DNA of 64,000 nucleotides from Eutreptiella sp. 'Long Island Sound 2002' (lineage: Eukaryota; Protista; Euglenida). The position numbers were made by a program, and so were the translations under genes. The notes under the pieces were generated by a model, which saw only the letters and a program-made list of their open reading frames with translations, had not been told where the DNA came from and made no database searches. The stretch covers positions 5,952,001 through 6,016,000 of the forward strand of contig OZ038378.1 of assembly GCA_964036045.1 (NCBI GenBank), in the 5' to 3' direction. How positions within the stretch are numbered: position 1 is the stretch's first letter; every line of letters begins with the position of its first letter. Below are positions 54,301-64,000 of the stretch, piece after piece.

Positions 54301-55204
54301 AGGCTTTCAACGGTCCGAGCACCATCCCAAATGTTCCCAAGTGTTGGGGATTTAGAGGGTCCAACCTCCTTTTTACAGCAGGTCGGAGTAATAGAGGGCA
54401 CACCAGGTGTGTCCTCACAGCCCCCCCCCGGCCTGGGAAGCCCGCACGGCTCTCGTGCAGAAAAATGGGCGACGGCAAAGAAATGGGAGGAGGTAAGAGG
54501 GTTGCGCCACACAGGAGATGCTGTGGGAAGCAAGGGACACGCGGAGCATGAGGATGACGAAAAGCGCCCACAGCAATGTCACGAACATCGCTTTCTTTTG
54601 ACCAATTGCTCTGCGTTGGCCTCAATGGCACACCCAGTGAGCCGCTGCACATTTTGGCCCGCGAGCAGGGGCGGAAAAGCGTGGTTGGCTTGATTCCCCA
54701 TCACAATCATTCGGGGTAAACAATAGAAACAAGCGGTTGCTTAGATGCAGGGGTTGGTTTACTGGCAAAGGCCTTCTACAGCGAGAGCAGATGGGCGTCG
54801 ACGGAGGAAAGCAGGGGACCTAACAGTATGGGGTTGGTGTCCAGAGCATACAAACCTACTTCCTTCGAACTTTGTGTTGCTTTTGGCACGTATTTTGGGA
54901 TCGCATTTCTCTTCATCCTCTGCACGACTGCCTGCCTTGCCTGGTTGACAATCTTCTGCTTCTGCTGCTGCTGCTGGGCCGCGCGTCTGATGGCATCCTT
55001 CAGCTCCTGTTCTTGCTTCTTCAACTCCAGCTCTTGCTTATGGATTGCCCGCCTTTGTTCCTCCAGGCGCGCGGTTGCAGAGGCTACCCTTGGGGGGGGG
55101 ACCCATGACGTGCGCTTTGTGTTATGGTCTATGTAGTACACACGCCCATCAGGCGTGCGGGAGCGCTCCCAGCCCAAAGGCAAATCGCCGTTGCCTCTGG
55201 GCAT
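51393..55204 (-). CDS. Multi-exon gene: WW domain, coiled coil, C-terminal SAP-like (ARMET_C-type) motif
   Basis: Exon ~54860-55204 (MPRGNGDLPLGWERSRTPDGRVYYIDHNTKRTSWVPP + coiled coil); 53004-53138 and 51393-51680 join in phase 0 (ETERK-VAQII); LKADLDALGVSYEDCIEKGDLVQKL motif. Small middle exons near 54030-54085 and 53690-53740 are possible; 3' end unresolved. Confidence 0.7.
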
Positions 55205-55224
55205 AACCTCACAACATGGGATTG

Positions 55225-55262
55225 CTGGAGAGGTGCAGCAAAAGAGGGCAAGGCGGGAAAGT
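55225..55262 (-). promoter_or_regulatory. Poly(Y)-AG acceptor 20 nt before the WW-gene ATG (candidate SL trans-splice site)
   Basis: tttcccgccttgccctcttttgctgcacctctccag then ATG at 55204. Confidence 0.4.
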
Positions 55263-57105
55263 GCGGCACCATATGCACAGAGCAGTTGGGGGGGGCTGGT
55301 TTCTGTTTCGTAACCCACGGAGAAACCCTGCAGAGCAAAGACCCGCAAGTTCTGACAATTCCAGGGATGGAGGGGATGACCAGAGGCCGCGCCAAATAAT
55401 TATGGGTATGTGTAGCAACTTGAGCCTCTGATCCACAGGCCCATTGCCTCCGGTTTTCCTGCGAATAAGAAGACCCAGGTTCGATTCCTACCTTCGATAC
55501 ACTTCCCCCCCTTATGGGTGTGAGTGACGCCCATCAAATCTTGAACTGCCTGGTTCAGGTTGTAGATGCACTGGTGCACAGAGGGTTCAGCCATTATTTT
55601 CAGCAGTAGCTACTCCATGCATCATCATGTCACACGTCACTGTCGCAGTGTAGAGTCATTATGCCGTGGATGTAGCCGTGGGAGAAGTGTTTCACACACA
55701 TTCCACAGGGCAGCGTGTTTGTGCCACAATCAGGGTGCGTCTGAGAAGGAGGACATGTTTCTTGGTATTGAGGCCGATCAGTTGGTGACCCACTCCTATG
55801 CTCCCCTGAGGAGAAGGGAATTTACTATTTGATCTCCCTCACCAGCACCATCAGAGGTATCAAATGACGCAGTCCCCGTTGGAGATCAATCTGCACTGTC
55901 AGGCTCAGAATCTCTTTGTCTATGGTCCTCTGCATGAAACAAGGGGCAAATACACGGTGAAAAAACTCACAGATGCACAGACCAAATGTCCACACTTGCA
56001 ACAACTACACACAAACTCTCCCCACATGGTTGCGTTGCACTTGGTGCCGTATGAATTTGGGTCCTACAACATTATGGTCCCCCCAGGAGGTTGGGCAGGA
56101 CACACACAGGGGGGTGACAATGTGCCACAAAGCGGGCCAATATTTTGCCTGGATCTGAAAGACTTGGCCTGGAGCCCAAAGACGGCCCTTTAGAGGCCCA
56201 TCGATACCAATAAAAGGGCAAACTGTCAGTAGACAGCTCGCCAAGTGTTTGTCTGGGGTCCAATTATCACCAAGTGGTGACCCAAGGGAGCATTTGTGCA
56301 CAACGCATGCACCAACGAACACCCCAACAAGATGGCACTGTTTTACCCTTCAAATGTTCAGGTCAAGAGAGGTGGATAGTGAAACCCTACTGGTCCTTGT
56401 ATAAAGGGTGGCGAGGGGGGGGATGTGGTGGAATTCCCCACTTGCTTTCCAAACCCAGTGTCCACCAGGCATGTCCAAACCAAAAGGCCTGCCAAGATCC
56501 ACACTAGTTCGGGTACAGAACCAACAACAAGGTGCACCGGCAGGGGTTGAAGGCAACTGAGCTGACACCTTATGACTAATATGAAATGGCACATGGCAAT
56601 GCAGCTGACTGAAAACATAGCAGCAAGCCAGAGGGGGTGTTCCTAGCCGCGGCTAGCCGCGGCTGGGCGGGTTGGACCCCCCCTCCCCCCCCCCCTCCCC
56701 CCCTCCCCCCCCGTGGCTGGCCACGGCTGGCCAAAAATGGCTGGGGGGGAAATTTGGCCAAAATCAAGGAAAACGAAGAAAAAACGGCCACACTTGGGGT
56801 CCCTAGGGGTGCAAGCCAACCCCTTTTGACTTGTGGCTATATGTGCTACTGCATTTGGGGCTACTAGGTTGTGTGGCCTCTTTTGAAGTGCGAAATGACC
56901 ACCCTCCCTCCCATGCTCAATATCAAGTGCAGCTGAAGATACACAATGTGGCAAAGACATAATGCAAAGACAATCATCAATGTCTCATATCGCATTGTTG
57001 TGAAGAGGAGCCCCAAACAACGGGCTACCATGCGAAAGTGAAATAGAGAAATTGGGGTGAAAAATATATATCGTGACGAAAGAGGGTGCAAATATGGGAC
57101 TATGG

Positions 57106-58308
57106 CTATGCCTCTACCACAGTGCCCTCCTCCTCTTCATCTCCATACACCGAGCCCTCGTCATCAGCAGTGACCTCTTGATACGTCTCAACATCAACAA
57201 CATAGTACCCTCTCCCATCCATGGAATGGGGGATAATTTCCTTTTCAACCGAACAATAAGGAACAAGGATGTTACCTCCATCCCACTCAAGCACCGCAGA
57301 CCCATCCTCTTTTTCCTCCCGCAACCGGAGACAGCGAATTGTGATGTTAAACCTTGTCTCCTTTGTTCGCTTTTGAAAAATGGAAATGGCCATACGGAGC
57401 CGGTTGTCCTCCGGGTCGCGGTACGTGAGCATTTGATCAAAAATGAAATTGGTTGGCACTCGCTTTTGCTCTTTCTTATGCTTTTTACATATCAACTCCC
57501 CCATGTCATCATCATACTCCTCCCCTTGGGGTGTGCTACCCCCACGCACACGCTTTTTGAGGCCATACCGCATTTTATCCTTCTTCCCCTTTCCAAAAAT
57601 GGGGGTGGCAAAACTTTGCGCTGCCACTTTGGCGGCTGGAAGCTTGGCCTTTGCAGGGGTGCCGGTGTATCTGAGGGATGGGTGCTTCCTAAATTGCTTG
57701 ATGTACTCCTCTTGTAACTTGACAGCCTTATCCGTGTCCGTTTGAAATGGATCGGATGACCATGTAAGGTCCAATCCCTCGACCGTTTTTAATGGGTTAG
57801 GCGTGACAACGGGGAACACGGGTGGTTGCATGGGTGCAACCGCATGTGGCTTTGCAACGGATGCGGTTGAGGCACGGGATGGGATGGGGAGAGGCCCGGT
57901 TGAGCTGGAACCTGTAGGTGGTTGCATTGGGGCAACCGGAGGTTGCATTGGGGCAACCGGCTGTGGTGGTGGTGGTGGTGGTGCAATGCATGCGGTTGGG
58001 CTAGAGCTACAGCTTGAGCTAGAGCTAGAGATCCAGTTGCTGCCTGTCACATGTGCAGTTGGTTCACCCAAGCCGCTATCAATGCTCCCACCCCACATCC
58101 ATTCTCCCGAATCCAAATTATCGTCTGACTCGTTGCCTACATGCTCGACTATGATTGGGATTTGTGGTTTCGGCGGCTTGAAGGGTTGTGCCAGGGAAAT
58201 GGGGCACCTCATTGTTTGGATGGCGGAAATGATCCGGGCTAATTTCCGTCCGCACGTAGCCGCACGCACTTTTGCACGTACGTGGGCAAATGACAAATTA
58301 TCACTCAT
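57106..58308 (-). CDS. Intronless 400-aa orphan ORF: Pro/Ser-rich middle, Lys-rich segment, compact C-terminal domain, acidic tail
   Basis: ATG-to-TAG ORF with protein-like composition and VAPMQPP repeats; U-rich tract and tttag acceptor just upstream of the ATG; no family recognised. Confidence 0.65.
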   Translation of the reverse strand: MSDNLSFAHVRAKVRAATCGRKLARIISAIQTMRCPISLAQPFKPPKPQIPIIVEHVGNESDDNLDSGEWMWGGSIDSGLGEPTAHVTGSNWISSSSSSCSSSPTACIAPPPPPPQPVAPMQPPVAPMQPPTGSSSTGPLPIPSRASTASVAKPHAVAPMQPPVFPVVTPNPLKTVEGLDLTWSSDPFQTDTDKAVKLQEEYIKQFRKHPSLRYTGTPAKAKLPAAKVAAQSFATPIFGKGKKDKMRYGLKKRVRGGSTPQGEEYDDDMGELICKKHKKEQKRVPTNFIFDQMLTYRDPEDNRLRMAISIFQKRTKETRFNITIRCLRLREEKEDGSAVLEWDGGNILVPYCSVEKEIIPHSMDGRGYYVVDVETYQEVTADDEGSVYGDEEEEGTVVEA

Positions 58309-58827
58309 TAGATAGAAAAACCTAAAATGCGACCAATCAAAATGACGTGGAAAAAATTAAGAAAAAGGTGGATAACACGGCACAAAAATCGACCTTGCAC
58401 GGAATAGACCTTGTTAGCATGCAGCATGCACTACTCATTAAACCAAACGCCTAATTGAAACAGACGCCTAATTATGCACCAACCGTGGAAAAATGTTTTG
58501 GCCTCTCTATACCATACCGTACATACAGTGCCAGTAAGGCTGGTTTGCGAATGGTGGCGCGTCCCGTCTTTAAACCCCAACGCGCCATGGGGCTCGGCCA
58601 TTCTACATCCCCGGTCCTGTCGACGCATGTGAATTTGTTGTGCAAAGATGCCAACAAGTTCACACATTTTTTCCTATCTAAAAAACACATGCACTGGGGC
58701 AGCTCCATGCATGCTCGCCGACCTTAGTTGGACACGGGGACGCTACAACACACTGCAACGGCAGTTGTGTTGGTGATTGTGCAACTGGACCAAACATCCC
58801 ATAACCACATCCCGATGCATAATGCAA

Positions 58828-58867
58828 CTAATTACCTAATTACCTAATTACCTAATTACCTAATTAC
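58828..58867. repeat. (CTAATTAC)5 octamer tandem repeat
   Basis: Direct reading. Confidence 0.9.
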
Positions 58868-61800
58868 ACAAACATGACAAACGTAGGTGCATGGAAATTG
58901 TACCAATACCTGCTGCAGAGACACATCATCATCATGTAATCTTGAGAGCAAAGGCAAAGAGGCAAAATGCAAAAGTGCAAGGCCCAACACAATATGGTGG
59001 CTAGACGGTTGGGTGGCTAGGTGACAAGGTGGCTGGGTGGCTGGGTGGTTGGGTGGCTGGGCGGCTGGGTGGCTGGGCGGCTGGGTGGCTGGGCGGCTGG
59101 AGCCCCCCCCCCCCCCACTAACCGGAACCCGCCCAGAGCACCAGAAAGCTCAGAAAAGTCAGTGCGGCTTCAAGAGTCACAACCCAAAAACAAATGAACG
59201 AGATGCATCTTTCAACACCTATGGCCAAGGTGTGTGTTAGCTAAAGTGTCATCACTTTATAGGTAGAACAAGGGGGACCATCTGGGGTGGCGCCAGCATC
59301 TCATGAATTGTGCTCACTGCAGAAAGCAAAGATCAAGCTCATCAGTTGCACATCACTTGTGTCATGGATAGTCTCAAACTCCGTCATGTGCTTTGTGATG
59401 GTCTAGGTGTATGTTGTGGCGTAGACTGCAATAGTGAAAAGTGTAGGCTGTGGGGGTAATTGAATGTCATTTTGCCTGTCCCTTGTGCACAAAATGCGAA
59501 GGACATAGTGGTGAGGCATTCATCCCTCATCAGCATTTGTGTTAGCCGGCATGCCAAGGATATCCACGCGTGCTGCAACCAATGGCCATGTGATCTGTCT
59601 CTCCGTGACGTTGGAATCAAGCTTATCTAACAGTTGTGACCAAACTTGTGGATTGGACTAACTTTACGACATTTCTTTGAGGCCGATCCAACAAAGTGTA
59701 ACATTATGGGATATGATTTCATGGTGAGCAATTCAGCCGCTTCTGGGTGCTGCGCAAGAGGGTCAACAAGTCCTCTTGGCCAAATCTGGCCGATTCGGGC
59801 ACCCATGTTCCTAGAACTTGAAGCCTGCATTGACTTGCAGGGCCCCACCAACAGCGACGTGGCACCATACAGTAGCAGAGGCACTGTCATCAACGCCCTT
59901 TATTCAGCCCGGGGAGAAGCTGGTCTTACAAGTGAACAAGCACAAGACCTCATCCACGCACCAAACGACACACCTTACACACCTTCTTTGCGGATTTTGG
60001 TGGCGCATGTGGAGTATTCACACGGCACTCCTCACCTTCCCCTTTCTCTTTGGATTTATTATCTTGAGCCCTCACTGCCACTACTTGGCCTACATCCGAT
60101 ACATCCTTGGAGAGCACAAACTCTGAGGTACTAGACGCAATACTTACGGAGCTCCAACTTGAGCTGGAACTAACCGGTCACCCGTATCACATGTACATCA
60201 GGACATGTCTAGAGGGCAAGAACATAGAATCGGACCTCATTCTATGATGCAACTTTCCCTTGATGTCCCAACCCCAAACATTTCACCACTGCTACTTGCT
60301 CCTTGTCTCGAACAATGAAGTAACGTTGGACCATGTCGGAGTGTGCATATGGTCAAGCAATGCATAGGTGTACATCAAAGGGCATGAAATGGGTACATTC
60401 ATGCACGGGTTCCATTTGGAGCCCTTTCTTGCTTTTTCCACATGTAACTTTGCATAGGCAAGAAGGCAATGCTGCCCAGTACCCGTCCACTTTGCGTGAC
60501 ACCACCCACTACAAGACCCATAAAACAAAACAGTGAGAGAACCCCACCTTCTTCCCTCACCCAATGGTGTCCTAACAAGAATGTGCGGCGACATGTGCTT
60601 ATATTCCCACAAAACGCATGTGTCGCTGGCAACCTTAGAGACAACATACCGCTATCCCTTGCCCAACAACATTGTTCCATCGTGAATTAGTTTTTGCACG
60701 TTCCAGCTACTAAAAGGTCTGGGTAGCCCCCAAAAAAGCGTGTTCTTCGCGTCCTTGTGCATGGGCAGCCCTAGAGAATGGTTGCCGGAATCCGGTCCCT
60801 GCGTTCATGAATGAGGGTGCACCATTGTATCCCAATATGAGAAGGGAGAGGTTGGCATTTGTACAACTGCTGTCTTTTGCCTGTTGGATGCATGTCCGAA
60901 TTCCACACCGTGGCTAGGATCCTCTCCTCCGTGGACTACCATTATGGACTGTTTGTTAAATGACGGCATTCATGGTAAGGGAGGGGGGCGCACATACAAG
61001 TCAAGACACACGCAAACTTGAGGCTGTAAAGGCAAATTCTGCACATCATCACCGGAAACTTGTACGAAGGGCCAAATTCTCCTCAGACTCGAGGATGGGG
61101 CCAAAATCCAACCATAGTGTTTTGGCTCAGAGTTAGAAGAAGAAGCGCATGAAATTCGCAGAGGTTACATGCAACAACCCCACTTGTAGATTAAAGTTGG
61201 TAAGTAGAACAACTAGGTGAAGGTGGCGAAAGACCACGAGGTGGGAGCCGCAATAAAATTGCATCAGGTGTGCAACACATTTGCACGTGCCACCGCAAGT
61301 CGCAACTCGCACAAGGAAATCTACCTACCTGCTTATCCTCAACCTACTAGCCTACCCTTAGCCGAAGAAAAACAAATCCGGCACCGCCCGAACCTTCACA
61401 TAGACAACACATCTGAAGAATGCAGTAGAGCAAGCAACGGCCAAGAAGCTGGAAAGTCGATGGCCGACGAATAGCTATGTGGGGGGTTACAACATGATTT
61501 CGGGCCAAGGTCAAAATAAAGAACGTTGATTCCGAGCTCGATGGCCAACAAAATTCAAGCTGACACAACGATGGCGGTGGAAATGGGGCTAGAGGAGTGG
61601 GGGGGATGGGGGTCCTTCAAGTAGTTTAGGCTCATCGAGGGGTGCACGCGTGTGATTGGTTCGGAATGGAGGGTTCCAAACCGTGCCCAACACGTGCAAC
61701 CCCCCGAGGTCCACTATACTCGTACCCTTCATGATGGGTGCGGCGACTTCCAACTTCGCAACACGCCAACAAGGACGCGAAGGAGAAAGACAACCATGCG

Positions 61801-62669
61801 AGTTTAGTAGGAGCATCCAAGAAATGCAACGAAAACGGGTGCCACCGGTGCGACAAGTTACAGAGATTAGCAAGAGGAGGGCAGAAGGGAGGGAGGAAGT
61901 GGAGGAACCCCCCCCCCACACCGTGCCCCCAGGTTTTCTCCTCCTTTGAGGCCGGCGAGGGGCACACAAGGGCCCGCGTCTTACAGCGATGACCCCCTCC
62001 AAAATTACCTTTTCAAGGTTTGGCGGATTTTCTTCGCTTGTAAGAAAAGGGAGAGGGTCACCAAATCATAGCACTCATTCCCCTTGAAACCCATGTCCAC
62101 CTGCCACAATGCCGGAATTTTTTGCACAGCACCCCTCAATCTTCAAACACGACCCAAGATTTCCCGAAACAACCGAGCTGAATTGAGAGCCGGCACCTTC
62201 AGTGCTCTTTTCAAGGGCCACACCCATTGGGCCGTGCGCCACCATAGTTTGTCGCGATACCCTTGATCATTGTCGGTGCACCCCATGAACAAACATTTTT
62301 CACCGAATCACTGGCGGCCCTAAACTGCGTAGAACCAATGGTGCACATGCTTGAACTCGTGTTGCCTTTTGTTAACACCCAAACACGCACACACAACGTG
62401 CGTTGTACATAGCATACCGCAATGATACCACAACGTGGGGGGTGCATGTGTCTCCCGAATGCCGACGTTGAAACCCATGATGGGTTCGGCACTTCGTTGC
62501 CTACATTGAACCATCCATACACCATGTAAACGAATATTTTGTGTGTTTCTCCATCCACAAATTTCCGATGTTATACGCACCAAACGCGGGGTTTTGATGA
62601 AGATCTCACCGGGCACCGGGCACAATAGTGGGACTAGGTGTGGGCAAACGAAGCACCCGTCCGACACGC

Positions 62670-63188
62670 CTATTCCGCCATCCTCTTCTCGAACTCCTTT
62701 GGCTCCACACGCGTTTGGACCCGCGGCTTCGACCGCGAAATCGGTACGTATTTGTGCTTTATCATGTGATCAACCCGCTTCTTCATGGTCAAGATAAATA
62801 GGAGCACGAAGTAGAACAACAAAATGGGCCAATACACTGGCACATCAAAGATTCGCGAGGTGGTTAAGAACATGGCGACGCATATCGCTTTGCATACGGC
62901 GAACCAAAATCGGTATTCTGGAAGCTTTCGGACAAAGGGCCTAAACTCGTCGTCAGCGTGTGTCGGCAAAATTCCAGCGTCATCGTCAAGATCGGGGTCG
63001 CTTTGCGGGGAAATGAATTGTATGAAGAGATTTAAACAAAATATGCCCAAGCCATACGTGATGATGTAAAAGCCATGCGCAAACCATATGCGCACAGCGT
63101 ATATGGACGCTAATACGAACGCAATGGCCCAACGGAGAGCGATTTTGGGGACCAAGAAATCCAACGTTTTTTGAAAGCGGTCCACCAT
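62670..63188 (-). CDS. RER1: Rer1 Golgi-to-ER retrieval receptor
   Basis: RW...GFYIITYGLGIFCLNLFIQFISPQSDP...DDEFRPFVRKLPEYRFW...FDVPVYWPILLFYF...MKKRVDHMIKHKYVP is the Rer1 family pattern; no intron within the ORF. Confidence 0.95.
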   Translation of the reverse strand: MVDRFQKTLDFLVPKIALRWAIAFVLASIYAVRIWFAHGFYIITYGLGIFCLNLFIQFISPQSDPDLDDDAGILPTHADDEFRPFVRKLPEYRFWFAVCKAICVAMFLTTSRIFDVPVYWPILLFYFVLLFILTMKKRVDHMIKHKYVPISRSKPRVQTRVEPKEFEKRMAE

Positions 63189-64000
63189 TGATGTGTGTGG
63201 CGGCTATGAAGGATGTAGAAACATAGTGGAAAACAAGGGGCGTGAGCATCATGGGAGCTATTCACACTTTGGTTCCACGGAAACCTTTTGTATTGCCCCC
63301 CTAGTGAGCGGCTCCGAGAATGGGATAGCGCCCTTTGTTCGTATACCACTCATCTCGCACCACTATATTCTTTTTCGTCGGAGCAAGTAAATCATACTGA
63401 CTGCACTAGTGTGGTCCGCAGGGTCCGAAACCCCCCCCCAACCTCAACTTGATCCCGTGATCACGGATCACTGGCTCCAATTAGCTAAATCGCGACAAGA
63501 CTGTCGCATGGGTACTTTGGCCCCATGGTACGCCTGTTGCTTTGCGCGGCTTGCACCATTTGCGGTTGGCGATGTGGTTGCTTTTACCTTCAATGGCCTC
63601 GATACAAAACGTGTGCCATGTCGGAGCGTATTTCCCACGTTGCTGGTAGAAATCGCTTCGGCTAGGTTTTGATAGTTGTTTCCAAATCCCAGCAAGCCTT
63701 TGCTGTAAAAGTGGTGATTGACAATCTGGGAAAACCGACAAACTGACACTCAAAGAAAACTTCGACCTAAGAAAAAATTGGGGAAGCTGAAAGAAAGAAA
63801 GGAACGGGCATCGCCGTGGATTCGATGGTATGGTGCTCACGTGGGCAGATCTGCATCGGCTAAAATTGGGGACGTGCCACAGAATTTCATACCCTTCCTG
63901 TAGGAGTGAAACACGGCATCCTGGCTGCTGTGTGTGCCAGGCGCAGGAACGCCCCTATTGTCTCCGAAGCACTCACTGAGAGAAAACCCACGCCTCAACC

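Noticed and set aside
59300-61500. Decayed retroelement or gene on the plus strand (59646-60134, 61217-61474)
   Set aside because: No RT, endonuclease or other motif; frames short and inconsistent.

Overview
Repeat-rich eukaryotic genomic DNA with GT-AG introns; no prokaryotic operons or CRISPR. A euglenozoan (euglenid-like) source is inferred, not proven, from a VIPER/TATE/kangaroo-type retroelement, TTAGGG tracts and poly(Y)-AG sites just before start codons. All recognisable genes are on the minus strand. (1) A ~40 kb gene (about 49.4 kb to 9.06 kb) whose 18-19 hand-assembled exons chain in phase into a ~1,170 aa protein: NLS-like segment, 3 RRM-like, ~6 degenerate KH-like, a 4th RRM-like, then a BMT5/DUF2431-like SAM methyltransferase. 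(2) In its ~9.2 kb intron, a 3.8 kb tyrosine-recombinase retrotransposon (gag, TGA, YR in the same frame, overlapping 3'-truncated RT). It splits a host repeat whose intact copy at ~8.0-8.4 kb gives the empty site. (3) A WW/coiled-coil/SAP-like multi-exon gene. (4) An intronless 400 aa orphan ORF. (5) RER1. The rest is satellites, a palindromic 47-bp minisatellite, microsatellites, MITEs with TIRs and TSDs, a tRNA-derived SINE-like head and a permuted inverted-repeat pair. Exon models and domain calls are from manual reading only; no database search was run.
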